From Octopus vulgaris (taxonomy: Eukaryota): a stretch of DNA of 64,000 nucleotides. This document shows, in pieces, positions 51,701 to 60,514 of the stretch. The notes beneath the pieces are model-generated. The model searched no databases. It saw only the letters and a list, made by a program, of their open reading frames with translations, and had not been told where the DNA came from. The translations under genes and the position numbers were made by a program. The stretch is taken from assembly GCA_951406725.2 (NCBI GenBank), contig OX597832.1:52700001-52764000 (forward strand), given 5' to 3'. Numbering within the stretch: the stretch's first letter is position 1; each line of letters starts with the position of its first letter.

Positions 51701-53373
51701 AGGAGGCTGGAGATGGTCTGCATCACTAAGGCTTGTATTGTTTGGAAAGAGAAACAGAAAGACAGATTCCTTTTCCAGCATTAAGGGGACAGGAAAGAAA
51801 AAAAGGGAAAGACAGTTCTAGATCTTCTACATTTGAATGACTGGCTGCAACTGATGAGCAACGCAAAACTTGAGTGCGCAGGTAATAGTAGGAGAGTGAA
51901 ACTAAGTGAGAAAGGAAGAGAAACAAGAGGAGTGAGATGGAGGAGCCGAAAGATAAAGATGGGATCCCTGAACTAAAGGGTGACAGAGGAGTAGAAGGAA
52001 AGACATTCATTTAAACTTGTGAGCATCAGGGTTCTGAGTTTGAATATGAAAGCCGGTCCTTCCATTTCCTTGAGCTTGCAGATCCAGATTGTGCAGAGAT
52101 ACCACACACAGATAAATGGTAGTGGAATGGCCTGTTGAAGTGGGTGGCAAATGACTGGACAGGTATACAAAGTAGTGTGAATCAAATGTTTTAGAAAAAG
52201 TGATTGCCAAGGGAACAGCCTGTAAAGGTACACTGCAAATTTTGCAGATGATGTAATATACAAGGTTGGAAGAGGTGCAACAGTAGCTTTGGGTAATGTG
52301 GTACTGTGACTTAGACCCAGTGATGGCTCTTGTGTTGTTAGTGTAGGGGCAGGTGTTGCAATGTCAGTAAATGCATTTAAATGTAATTGGTTGTGTATAG
52401 CTGGACACCGTGAAGCTTCTAACTAGGAGATTGCCAAGGTTCCTATTCATTTTTTGAAAGTAAGGAATGGCAGTGCAAAAAAGATTGGAGCAGTTGTGGG
52501 GGTCAAAGAGTAGGATTCAGAAGTTGCAGATAAGTGTACATTTTAGTGGATTGGTGGAAGACGAGGGAGAGTAAAATTTGAACTGTACAGAGAGGGTAGG
52601 AATGGTGACATAGCTGATGGCCTGGGCCCAGTGAAGTGCAAGGGCCACAACTGATCAAGGGCTTTGTTTGACTCACTTTCACTCTCTTTGAGGTACAGTT
52701 ACAGGTACTGTAATTATACCTCAAACCTTCACCCATCTATTTCATAACCAAAATTTCCAAACTAGACAATCCCAAACTGCCTTATCATCCCCATAATTTA
52801 CTAACATCAACGTTCTCAGAAACAGAACTGCTTCTAACAGGTTCTCCTTCACAGAAACCCTTAGTCTGATCTGAGTGGTTTTAGTGCAGGAAACAAAAAG
52901 TGTGAAACCAGAAATTTCAATACTTTATATTAAAGAGTGAGTCAACTCTGTAAGTCCTGAGTGGAGGATCTGCAAAAACCGGGAACAAAGAAGACTTATT
53001 TGATCTACTGGATGTGCCATGTTAAATAAAATAAACGGTAGATTTTAGCAGCTGGCATTAAAACCATTAGCTGATGCATCATTAATGAATGATGGATGAA
53101 AGTGTCATGTGCTGACGGTGTGGTCTGAAGTAGAAACCTCAGGATGTTAGTCTTCACACGGGACTTAAGAGAGGATCAAGATAAGATGAATAACAATATA
53201 CTATGCAACAGACCTATCTAACCCATGCTAGCCATACATAAAGAGTTTTCAAAGTACTGGTGATGATCAACAACTATGGTTGACTTGCAAAATTTCCATA
53301 GTTATATAGATATTATCTAAAAAGGGGGATTACATTATTCAAGCAATCATTGAAAATATATGTACTTACTCAT
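8714..53373 (-). CDS. USP6NL: USP6 N-terminal-like (RN-tre) TBC-domain Rab GTPase-activating protein; 13 coding exons, 658 aa
   Basis: Hand-spliced join(53370-53373,46206-46279,36702-36787,31103-31142,28239-28319,24947-25054,21325-21434,18416-18530,16152-16206,14498-14592,13487-13552,12312-12411,8714-9756) = 1977 nt, open throughout, all introns GT-AG with matching phases. Contains [30 protein letters not shown] (IxxDxxR), GYCQGM (YxQ), [26 protein letters not shown], which are characteristic of the USP6NL subfamily. Confidence 0.95.
9950..10400. mobile_element. Repeat family C (non-autonomous retroposon, (CAT)n/(GAT)n tail), two opposed fragments
   Basis: Shared motif GGATGCCCTTCCTAA.GCCAACC; further copies at about 350, 11420, 14668, 20130, 20640, 24385, 30584, 45637, 59965 and 61420. 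Confidence 0.7.
12312..12411 (-). CDS. USP6NL: USP6NL coding exon 12 ([33 protein letters not shown])
   Basis: tttccag acceptor, gtaagt donor; 100 nt; LRxWD and EG motifs. Confidence 0.96.
12835..12990 (+). mobile_element. Penelope-like short repeat with hammerhead-like motif (A6U family, copy 2)
   Basis: TCTTT-CTGTCGA-A-GAGC ATAG GCTC-GAAA-CGTA-AAAGA at 12860-12897. Confidence 0.6.
13487..13552 (-). CDS. USP6NL: USP6NL coding exon 11 ([22 protein letters not shown])
   Basis: tttttcag acceptor, gtaagt donor; 66 nt; KWFLQCF. Confidence 0.95.
13717..14090 (+). mobile_element. SINE family A
   Basis: Full-length copy with AGTAAAAG tail. Confidence 0.88.
14095..14292. mobile_element. TA-flanked MITE (Tc/pogo type, CCGTATTTT-like TIR)
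   Basis: TA|CCATATTTCTCAGCATACAAGTC...GACTTGTATGTGCTGGAAAATACAG|TA; relatives at about 16598 and 46405-46590. Confidence 0.75.
14498..14592 (-). CDS. USP6NL: USP6NL coding exon 10 ([31 protein letters not shown])
   Basis: ttttag acceptor, gtaagc donor; 95 nt; PGFPKL. Confidence 0.95.
15590..16090 (+). mobile_element. 3' fragment of a Dong/R4-clade non-LTR retrotransposon (restriction-like endonuclease)
   Basis: Frameshifted [56 protein letters not shown]; (AAT)n on both sides. Confidence 0.8.
16152..16206 (-). CDS. USP6NL: USP6NL coding exon 9 ([19 protein letters not shown])
   Basis: tttttag acceptor, gtgagt donor; 55 nt; EEDxFW motif spans the junction. Confidence 0.95.
16372..16560 (+). 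mobile_element. SINE family B
   Basis: B box and Meta-like core; internal deletion. Confidence 0.85.
17033..17267 (-). mobile_element. SINE family B
   Basis: Full length; TSD TTTGATGAGAAATACC. Confidence 0.88.
17330..17625 (+). mobile_element. RTE-clade LINE 3' fragment
   Basis: [24 protein letters not shown]; (GGAT)n tail; relatives at about 39640-39960 and 49700-51520. Confidence 0.7.
17755..18152. mobile_element. Inverted pair of Penelope-like repeats, each carrying a G3-C8 variant hammerhead fold
   Basis: About 110-bp near-perfect arms 17755-17864 and 17957-18068; the right copy continues to about 18152. Confidence 0.7.
17972..18022 (+). ncRNA. Putative minimal type-I hammerhead ribozyme, G3-C8 core variant (mirror copy on minus strand at 17800-17850)
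   Basis: Stem I TTTGTCA/TGACAAA, core GTGAACA+G, stem II GTCGC/GCGAC, GAAA, palindromic ATAT, then UU at 16.1/17. Confidence 0.6.
18416..18530 (-). CDS. USP6NL: USP6NL coding exon 8 ([38 protein letters not shown])
   Basis: tttcag acceptor, gtaaat donor; 115 nt; glutamine-finger motif YCQG. Confidence 0.96.
19120..19516 (-). mobile_element. SINE family A
   Basis: Full-length copy that retains its CpGs. Confidence 0.88.
19540..20060 (+). mobile_element. Decayed 3' end of an RLE non-LTR retrotransposon (HERO/NeSL-like)
   Basis: Frameshifted [54 protein letters not shown] resembles the PD..ELTVPWE..KY..GW..VEVG.R endonuclease C-terminus. Confidence 0.6.
21325..21434 (-). CDS. USP6NL: USP6NL coding exon 7 ([37 protein letters not shown])
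   Basis: ttccag acceptor, gtaagt donor; 110 nt; arginine-finger motif IxxDxxR. Confidence 0.96.
21771..22291. mobile_element. TA-flanked non-autonomous Tc/pogo-type element
   Basis: TA|CTGTAAATCCTTGCGTATA...TATACTCGAAGATTTACAG|TA. Confidence 0.78.
22700..23087 (-). mobile_element. SINE family A
   Basis: Body and tail match family A; head slightly truncated. Confidence 0.85.
23288..23590 (+). mobile_element. tRNA-derived SINE family D, nested in a family C repeat
   Basis: TGGCCTAGTGG and GGTTCGAATCT boxes; (AAC)n tail; TSD CTATACACTCTAT; relative at about 42460-42630. Confidence 0.8.
24947..25054 (-). CDS. USP6NL: USP6NL coding exon 6 ([24 protein letters not shown]...GIYE)
   Basis: tttctag acceptor, gtttgt donor; 108 nt; TBC start motif KGIP..RG.VW. 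Confidence 0.95.
26241..27312 (-). mobile_element. 5'-truncated RTE-clade LINE (RT pseudogene) inserted in a SINE
   Basis: [52 protein letters not shown] with frameshifts; (GAT)n tail at 26241-26259; flanks are two halves of a B-type SINE. Confidence 0.9.
27917..28143. mobile_element. piggyBac-type MITE (TTAA ends)
   Basis: TTAACCTTTTAGCATT...AATGCGAAAGAGTTAA; relatives at 30102, 37025 and 43501-43706. Confidence 0.8.
28239..28319 (-). CDS. USP6NL: USP6NL coding exon 5 ([27 protein letters not shown])
   Basis: ttcttag acceptor, gtacgt donor; 81 nt; KWxKMLxxW motif. Confidence 0.95.
28575..28755 (-). mobile_element. Penelope-like short repeat with hammerhead-like motif (A6U family, copy 3)
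   Basis: Minus strand CTTT-CTGTAGA-A-GAGC GTAG GCTC-GAAA-CGTA-AAAG. Confidence 0.6.
29167..29540 (-). mobile_element. SINE family A
   Basis: Near full length. Confidence 0.85.
30102..31047. mobile_element. Nested cluster: piggyBac-type MITE split by a tRNA-SINE (30136-30473) and a family C repeat (30584-30950)
   Basis: Removing the two inserts restores a MITE collinear with 27917-28143. Confidence 0.75.
31103..31142 (-). CDS. USP6NL: USP6NL coding exon 4 ([13 protein letters not shown])
   Basis: tttttcag acceptor, gtaagt donor; 40 nt, phase 2 to 0, which is needed to keep the frame. Confidence 0.88.
31884..32112 (-). mobile_element. SINE family B
   Basis: Core motif; TSD CTTTTCATACC. Confidence 0.85.
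32756..32983 (+). mobile_element. SINE family B
   Basis: Core motif; 15-bp TSD AAGAGAAGCAATTCA. Confidence 0.88.
33604..33756. mobile_element. hAT (Charlie/Buster-type) MITE
   Basis: CAGGCATG left end; 8-bp TSD ATCTAAAC/ATCTAAAT with central TA. Confidence 0.65.
34195..36143 (+). mobile_element. Full-length decayed Tc1 transposon (transposase pseudogene 34506-35948) interrupted by two B SINEs
   Basis: Degenerate TIRs ACTGAACYACRAAAGAA; [47 protein letters not shown]; SINEs at 34815-35050 (TSD AAATCTTTCAACCT) and 35536-35768. Confidence 0.88.
36290..36535. repeat. About 30-33 bp tandem repeat (CCAAAATTAGCAATG T-run AGCAG)
   Basis: About 8 diverging units. Confidence 0.85.
36702..36787 (-). 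CDS. USP6NL: USP6NL coding exon 3 ([29 protein letters not shown])
   Basis: ttttag acceptor, gtaagt donor; 86 nt; conserved EPWED and TDRYGF motifs. Confidence 0.95.
36871..37526. mobile_element. Three nested piggyBac-type MITEs
   Basis: The outer element (related to 47345-47548 and 54083-54290) contains MITE 37025-37236 and MITE 37233-37461 (related to 46673-46901), joined at TTAA. Confidence 0.75.
37960..38465. repeat. 27-bp minisatellite with 54-bp dimeric period
   Basis: CTGCACTCACCATCCACAAAATACAAA alternates with CTACACTCATCACTCCCAAATTACAAG. Confidence 0.93.
38875..39110 (-). mobile_element. SINE family B (older copy)
   Basis: Core motif; flanked by AATTATCTTTATT. Confidence 0.8.
39230..39535. 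repeat. 44-bp minisatellite with 132-bp trimeric period
   Basis: CTTCACCACACCCAC.. units at 39257, 39301, 39345, 39389, 39433, 39477 and 39517; units n and n+3 are most alike. Confidence 0.9.
40613..41399. mobile_element. Palindromic (double left-end) MITE with 8-bp TSD
   Basis: GGATCTTTTCCTTTTGAACGGC termini; about 390-bp inverted arms; TSD CGAAAAGG/TGAAAAGG. Confidence 0.9.
43870..44390 (+). mobile_element. Highly decayed CR1/Jockey-type RT fragment
   Basis: [14 protein letters not shown] and TYANDT (YADD-like) remnants. Confidence 0.45.
44558..44604 (-). ncRNA. Type-I hammerhead ribozyme relic (single G12U core change)
   Basis: GACAGT-CTGATGA-A-GGT TAAGCAG ACC-TAAA-CTT CA AAG-TC-ACTGTC; a more decayed inverted partner lies at 44602-44660. 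Confidence 0.6.
46206..46279 (-). CDS. USP6NL: USP6NL coding exon 2 ([24 protein letters not shown])
   Basis: tttcag acceptor, gtgcag donor; 74 nt, phase 1 to 0; matches the ERAEIVAKYD-type N-terminus. Confidence 0.92.
48385..48745 (+). repeat. Tandem ~150-bp duplication of a short retroelement-like 3' tail within (TAA)n
   Basis: CCCAGTGTCACTTTGATGGCATGCACTGCTCTCTCACTCAATAATAA twice, embedded in AAT/GAT repeats. Confidence 0.7.
49962..51342. mobile_element. Foldback-like composite insertion flanked by a 12-bp direct repeat
   Basis: CAAGAATGAGAT at 49950-49961 and 51343-51354; inverted terminal modules; splits an RTE 3' fragment. Confidence 0.65.
50620..51210 (-). mobile_element. SINE family B tandem trimer (184-bp period)
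   Basis: One head and three core+tail units joined at GAAATACC. Confidence 0.88.
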
Positions 53374-53425
53374 GTTTTAACGAAAATACTTTAACTTTAC
53401 ACCATGTTAGAAATTCCATATCAAC
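53370..53425 (-). CDS. USP6NL: USP6NL start-codon exon (5'UTR plus ATG A; coding part 53370-53373)
   Basis: Acceptor ttttatttcag, donor gtaagt. ATG A| joins AT AAG of the next exon to give M-N-K-L. An in-frame TAA lies 6 nt upstream of the ATG. Confidence 0.8.
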
Positions 53426-54811
53426 CTGAAATAAAACAGAAAATTTTATTTATAAACATTTAAGAAAAACAAAACATTTTTCAGTTATTTCCAGTTGTGT
53501 ATTTTCTCAACAGAATTGTCAAATTACAGACCAAATACTTTTAGTAATCGCGGCTAACACAACACTAAATATAATATTGTATTGATTCAATACGTGTAAG
53601 AGAGAGAGAGAGAGAGATCGTATTTTCACATCGAGACAAAGAATGTATGGATATAAGATTATATATTTATTTATTCATAACCCTTGTTTGTATTGCTTAT
53701 TCTAATATTTATTGCGGAGACATCAACGGTCTATGTTGTGTGTCAGCCAAGTTTTGTTTATAGTTTTTATTAAGCAGCCTTCAGCTTAAACGAAAGGGAA
53801 ATAAATCTTGACGAATTGCAAACACTGGAATTAGCTGGTATGTAATTCATACCTTTACTGCTGAAAAGGCCCTCGTGAGCCTAATTTTACAGCTGAGTCT
53901 AATACAAATGCATTTGACTATCTAAGTATCTAAATATATTTATAACCCAAGACAAACTTGCATTGCAGCATATGCACACGCGCGCACACACACACATATA
54001 TTAATAATTACAAAAGCAACCCTACCATTTTTGACTAAGAATTAAGTGAAGGATTACCCATATAGCTAAGGGCATAAATATAAACCCTTTCGTTACCAAA
54101 TCTCTGTTGAAATACAAGCTTTGTTTCAATTAATTTTGAAAATAAGAATTTATCAAAATAATTTTGTTTGGAACATAAATTAAGAAGGAACTTCGTTGGA
54201 ATGTTTCAATTTAGTTAGAAGACTGTAAAACAAAAAGTTTGCACAACTGAACTAGGAATGATTTCAGGTGTGTTAGTATCAGAAAGTTAATTAATTAAAA
54301 TTTCTTGATGAGTTACATCAAATATGCTAGCACTAACATTAACCCTTCGAAGACCGGCGGGGTTGGAATTACACAAAAGGCCTTTTATTTTTGCGCATTT
54401 CCGCACTATCTATAAAGTAATATTTGCTTAATCTTGTATATATGAGTGACTACATGATACAGAACAAGAAATTTAACACTTTATAGGTATATATTTGTAA
54501 TTATTAGCATTTAATGGAGGGTACTTCCGGACTTGTGTCTAGGAGGGTAACTTTCTAGGTGCAATCCCATGGTCATTCATGACCGAAGGGGGTCTTTACC
54601 CTTTACTTAAAATATAATTTGACTAAAAAAAAAACCTTTATTGAAAGAAATCAATATTTTTTATAGTTTTGTAAGTTATACATATAGCACTAAATATAAA
54701 ATAAAACAAAATTATATAGTATATCGATTGTCATGAAATATAAAATCATTTAGATAAAAAAAATGTAAAATTTGCTGGGGCCCCAAAGGACCCCCGCCGG
54801 CCCGCGAATGT

Positions 54812-55032
54812 TTATTTCTTTACTATCCACAAGGGGCTAAACATAGAGGGGACAAACAAGGACAGACAAAGGGATTAAGTCGATTATATCGACCCCTGTG
54901 CGTAACTGGTACTTAATTTATCGAGAGGATGAAAGGCAAAGTCGACCTCGGCGGAATTTGAACTCGGAACGTAACGACAGACGAAATACGGCTACGCATT
55001 TCGCACGGCGTGCTAACGTTTGTGCCAGCCCA
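54812..55032 (-). mobile_element. SINE family B
   Basis: B box and partial core. Confidence 0.85.
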
Positions 55033-55217
55033 CGAATATTAAGTCTTTATGAAGTAGGCGCACCTGGATATTTTCTTTCGGTCCTTAAATTATAACACTT
55101 CTCCGTGTTCAGCAACTTATGTATCTGCCACGATCGAGTGATTGAATAGACCAAAGTGTGACCAAATTCGTTATCAAATAAAAGATCAAAGTCGCCCCAT
55201 GCTGTAATTTTATATAC

Positions 55218-55650
55218 TTTTTGTTTCAGCCAGTACACTGCGACTATGCTGTGGTACCACCGAGAAAAATTTTAGTCGAACGAATAGACCGCCAACAAAC
55301 AAGATGAACTCAGCTCAGTTTCCATGTACCGAATCCATTCACAAGGCTTTGGTCGGCCTGAGGTTAGGAGACACTTGCCCAAGGTGCCACGTAGAGGAGC
55401 TGTACCCGGAACTTAGCTCAGTTTCCGTGTACAGAATCCACTCACAAGGCTTTGGTCGGCCTGAGGCTAGGATACACTTGCCCAAGGTGCGACGTAGAGG
55501 GGCTGTACCCGGAACTTAGCTAAGTTTCCGTGTACCGAATTCACCACTCACAAGGCTTTGGTCGGCCTGAGGTTAGGAGACACTTGCCCAAGGTGCCACG
55601 TAGAGGGGCTGTACCCAGAACCATGTGATAGGAAGCAAACTTCTTAAGAG
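55218..55650 (-). mobile_element. SINE A-related copy with 102-bp internal triplication
   Basis: Units at 55315, 55417 and 55519. Confidence 0.8.
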
Positions 55651-56319
55651 CCATATTTAATCAAAATTCCCTGCTTGTCTCCTAAAACATTTTTAGCACC
55701 AAAATTAGTCACGAAGATAATGATTGTCCTTATCACAAGAGAGAAAATGTAATTAAAATTTCTTAGCTTACTGCACCATGAATACTCTTCCAAACTTTCA
55801 CCATTAAGCTTTCGTGCAACAGGTACCTATGGGTAGATTCCACTAGTCTTTCTTCAAACCTGAACTCAGGTCAATGTAATAATGGTTTCAAATTTTGGCA
55901 CAAGGCCAGAAATTTCGGGGGAGAAGAGTAAAGTTGATTACACCGACCCCAGAAAAGATGAAAAACAAAGTCCGCGACGGCAGAATTTAAACTCAGAACG
56001 TAAAATCGGATGACATGCAGCTAGCATTTTGCGCGGAGCGCTTAGCGATTCTCACAACTCGCCGTCTTAAGTCATTGTAATAATAACTGACGCGTTACTA
56101 AACAGGACCAGTTTTCTCTTTTTATAAACACAGTGACAGTGTCCTTGACAAAATATAAGCCGCAAATATTTCACTTTGTTCAAAATATGCCATACCGAGA
56201 AAGCCTGTGTGAGAGTGTGTCCATTTTGTTTCCCACTCCTCTTTCTTTTATATGTAGCTATTAGCTCGGTTGCTACCTGAGTGATTAATTTGTGTTTTAA
56301 TATTATAATCCTTTAATAC

Positions 56320-56551
56320 GGCGGCGAGCTGGCAGAATCGTTAGCACGCCGGGCGAAATGCGTAGGCGTATTTCGTCTGCCGTTACGTTCTGAGTTCAAA
56401 TTCCGCCGAGGTCGACTTTGCCTTTCATCCTTTCGGGGTCGATAAATTAAGTACCAGTTACGCACTGGGGTCGATATAATCGACCTAATCCGTTTGTCTG
56501 TCCTTGTTTGTCCTCTCTCTGTTTAGCCCCTTGTGAGGAGTAAAGAAATAA
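56320..56551 (+). mobile_element. SINE family B
   Basis: Full length; TSD AATATTATAATCCT. Confidence 0.88.
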
Positions 56552-56744
56552 ATATTATAATCCTCTTCAAAGGCGACGAGCTGGCAGAATCGTTAGCACC
56601 TAACATTTCGTCGGTCTTTACATTCTGAGTTCAAATTCTGCCGAGGTCGACTTTGACTTTTCCCCCTTTCGAGGCTCGACACAATCGATTAGACCCCACC
56701 ACCCAATTTTTCAGGCCTTGTATCTATAGTATGTGTATGTGTAG

Positions 56745-56915
56745 TTCAAATTTACAGAAAATACAAGACGAAGACAGGTGAAGGAAAAGTCTTTGACGTT
56801 TCGAGCCTATGCTCTTCAACAGAAAGGATTGAGAGGGGTTAAAAAAAAGAATTTTTTTTAAACTGAGAGAGAAAAAAATGTGTTGGGATTAACGGTTCAA
56901 CATGATGAAAAGGCC
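56745..56915 (-). mobile_element. Penelope-like short repeat with hammerhead-like motif (A6U family, copy 4)
   Basis: Minus strand CTTT-CTGTTGA-A-GAGC ATAG GCTC-GAAA-CGTC-AAAG. Confidence 0.6.
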
Positions 56916-57019
56916 ATGTGTGTGTGTGTGTACACCAATATTAAAATGACTCACGCAAGAATAAAAACCGTTATATGCTCCCCATCACATACGATTCATT
57001 CACTCTTATAAGGACATAT

Positions 57020-57401
57020 TCTTTACTCTTTTACTTGTTTCAGTCATTTGACTGCGGCCATGCTGGAGCACCGCCTTTAGTCAAGCAACTAGACCCAAGG
57101 ACTTATTCTTTGTAAGCCCAGTACTTATTCTATCGGTCTCTTTTGCCGAACCGCTAAGTGACGGGGACGTAAACACGCCAGCATCGGTTGTCAAGCAATG
57201 CTAGGGGGACAAACACATATATATATATACATATATGCGACGGGCTTCTTTCAGTTTCCGTATACCAAATCCAATCACAAGGCATTGGTCGGCCCGGGGC
57301 TATAGTAGAAGACACTTGCACAAGGTACCACGCAGTGGGACTGAACCCTGAACCATGTGGTTGGTTAGCAAGCTACTTACCACACAGCCACTCCTGCGCC
57401 T
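57020..57401 (-). mobile_element. SINE family A
   Basis: Full length. Confidence 0.88.
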
Positions 57402-57652
57402 TAACATATATATATATATATGATTAGCGTAACAGCCCACGCTAAGCAGGAAGATGGCAGAAGGACACCCAGTTCCTGTTTGAGGAGGGTTTAACTATTT
57501 ACGAATAAAAAAATCAATCACTCTTAATAACCCCTGCTTCTTACATTGTCAAAGCATAGCGTATTTCTTTTTGAATTCTCTCTCTAAAGTTACTTCAGAA
57601 TGGATTTGCCATCCTTTGAAGATACTATTATGTTGAATAGGACAGAATGAGA

Positions 57653-58062
57653 GGATCTTTTCGGTTTGAACGGCAGTTTTTAACATAATTTCTAGGTAAC
57701 TAAAAAATGTAAAACTTCATATACTCGTAGAATGTGTTTATAAAACATCTTTTTCTCTTGGCTTTATTGAGAAAATTCTATAGTTTGTAAGATATTTGGG
57801 TTTTTTTTCTTCAATTTCTGCAATTTCAACCAATCACTGACGTCCATTGAGGTAAAACACATTCTGTGCCGTATGAATATGTCCCTCGTTTAAGAAACAG
57901 ATTGGGTTTATTTACATTTATGAAGAAAAAAAGATACCCTTCCCCCCACCCCTAACCCTAAAACAGATTGAAATGCAATAGATCGATACTAGGGTCATAA
58001 TTATGGGTGACAATTTCATATGACACCACTAGAAAAAACTGCCGTTCAAACCGAAAAGATCC
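57653..58062. mobile_element. 410-bp MITE, monomeric form of the 40613 element
   Basis: TIR GGATCTTTTCGGTTTGAACGGCAGTTTTT; 8-bp TSD GAATGAGA/GAATGAGT. Confidence 0.9.
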
Positions 58063-58516
58063 GAATGAGTTAGTTGGTTGCAGATGATTCAACATGACTA
58101 ATTGGACACTGAACCTGCTTTGGTGACTGTGCTTTTAGACACTGGGGGCAAACACACACCCACTCTCTCTCTCTTTCAAGTATGTGCAGAAATATACACA
58201 CACTGCTAAGACCTGCCTTGCAAATTACATCTGATCTATGTAAGCAGGGAAACATGGGCATAAATTAAGACAATGTAGATTATGTTTCAACTTCCTTTTT
58301 GGAACCGACAGCATAAGACTAACATGTCTGTGAGAATCAGGACACTGAATGTAAGTGAAACTTAAACAGCAAAATCTTGAGAGTCTGTTAATCTGAAAAC
58401 ACGAATAAGTGTTAGACGTGCTTGGCACAGTTGATACAGTTTGTTAACTGATCACGATTGACATAAACACTTTCCCTCGGCTCAAACACATAAAGAGAAA
58501 TATACTCACAAATATA

Positions 58517-59413
58517 TCTTTATATATAAAAGGGAGGTTGTGTGCTGTCTGTCTCCTACGATTTAGATTCCTAACTACTCCCACATTTTGCGGTGCAGTT
58601 TAACCAAATTCAGGTATCTTATAGTCGTTATTCATATCGAGCCCGTCTGGCTATTAGCGCGCGTCTACGATGAGTCTACGATTTTAAAAATAATTTAACA
58701 TCATTTTTTATTCCATTTTAATGCATAATTTTTCGTGTGTCGATGGCGGCGGAGTTGGCGTCCATGGTCACACCTGCACCTGTTTGCTTCTCCCCTTCTT
58801 CCCTCCCTCGTGAAGCTGTGGGGAAGGGAGTGTAAGGAAATCAACGTCGTAAAGCGTTGTCAAGGAGACCAGCGTTCTTTTAGAACAACGACTTCATGGT
58901 TTGAAGACACCAAAACAGAAATGGCTAAGAAAGCCCGAATTGGCATCTATAAGGGAAGTAACTCTCTAAAAATGCTTATATAGTTATTTCCCTTACAAAC
59001 CCGGGCAATACTGCTAGTCTTTATATATAAAAGAGAGGTTGTGTGCTGTCTGTCTCCTACGATTTAGATTCCTAACTACTCCCACATTTTGCGGTGCAGT
59101 TTAACCAAAACCGGGTATCTTATAGTCGTGATTCATATCGAGCCCTTCTGGATATTAGCGCGCGTCTACGATGAGTCTACAATTTTTAAAAAAATTTACC
59201 ATCGATTTTTCCCATTTTTAATGCATTTTTGGCATATATAAGGGAAGTAACTCTCTAAAAATTTATTATTAAATCTCAGAACGTAAAAAGCTACAGTAAC
59301 ACCCCCACTTTGTGGTTAGCCATATTGAGATGGCTATTATACTTTACATCTCTAAAAATGCTTATATAGTTATTTCCCTTACAAACCCGAGCAACGCCGG
59401 ACGATACTGCTAG
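58517..59413 (+). mobile_element. Two head-to-tail non-autonomous Helitrons (58517-59017 and 59018-59413)
   Basis: A|TCTTTATATATAAAAG...CTAG|TCTTTATATATAAAAG...CCCGAGCAACGCCGG..CTAG|T. Confidence 0.88.
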
Positions 59414-60234
59414 TATATATATAAAAAGAAAAGTGGTGGACAGAGAGAGAGAGAACAAGAGAGACATTAAACCATATGGTGTCAATGAGTTAGCATTGAA
59501 TCAGTGGAGTAAAAAACATCTCACACCCAAGTTGGATCAGCTGTAGTAACTAGCCTATAAACTTTTTAACCTAGAGTTTTAGTGTTTTACTGCTTCGGTA
59601 CACAGGAGCTCTGGAGTAATTTTGTCTCCAGTTGTTTCTTAATGTATTTTTCCTGTTAAATGTATCAGCATTTCTTTCTTTGCCTAGTCTCCAAGTAGCA
59701 CAAAGAAAAACTAGCTACGTAGGCTGCAGAAAAGACAATTTGTCAAGGACCCTTCTGTACAAGTGGCACCATTGCTATTTATATAGCAGAAAATTTACTT
59801 ATATGGATGGGCAGGAAATCTATTTTTTCTCAGCATTTTTCACTTGAACTGAAAATTACAACATCGTGGAGGCTTCCAATCTAACAGTCTAATAAATCTC
59901 CTTTTCTGGTAAGGACTAAATGTTGATTTTGAAAATAAATTTTAAAATTTTATAATACTTGATTATTATCATCATCGTTATCATTTTAATATCCACTTTT
60001 CCATGCTCGCATGAGTCAGACAGAATTTATTACGGCAAATTTTCTACAGCCGGATGCTCTTCTTGTCTCCGAGTAGAGTACCATTTCCTCACGACCAAAC
60101 ATGTTCCCACAGAATATAAGTAGAAATGAATAACACCACTAGCATGCCAAGGACACTAGTCTTTGACAACTATAACATGTGATGTCAAAGCAAGAGACAA
60201 TAAAACACACACATATATCATGGACTCTCCCGTC

Positions 60235-60514
60235 GTTAGACAACATATGAGGGTCCAGCAATTTCTTGCTGAACAACAACACAGATGATTTGTTTAGTGA
60301 TCAAATGTTTGTGTATGCATAATTTCACCCCCTCCATCAAAATGACATTACCTGTACAGGTGTACCATGTGCCACATGTCAGATGACAAAAAGACTGCAG
60401 AGCAATGTGAAATAAAGTGTTTTGCTCAAGAAAACAACACAACGCCTGGTCTGGGAATCGAAACCATGATCTCGCAATCGTGAGTGCAACATCCTAACCG
60501 CTAAGCCATGCGCC

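Noticed and set aside
51700-52760. Cluster of short minus-strand ORFs in more GC-balanced sequence
   Set aside because: No recognisable motifs or splice structure; probably an old decayed retroelement, not assignable.
58735-58983. ORFs in the Helitron interior (also 1184-1405)
   Set aside because: Frames differ between copies and there are no Rep or helicase motifs.
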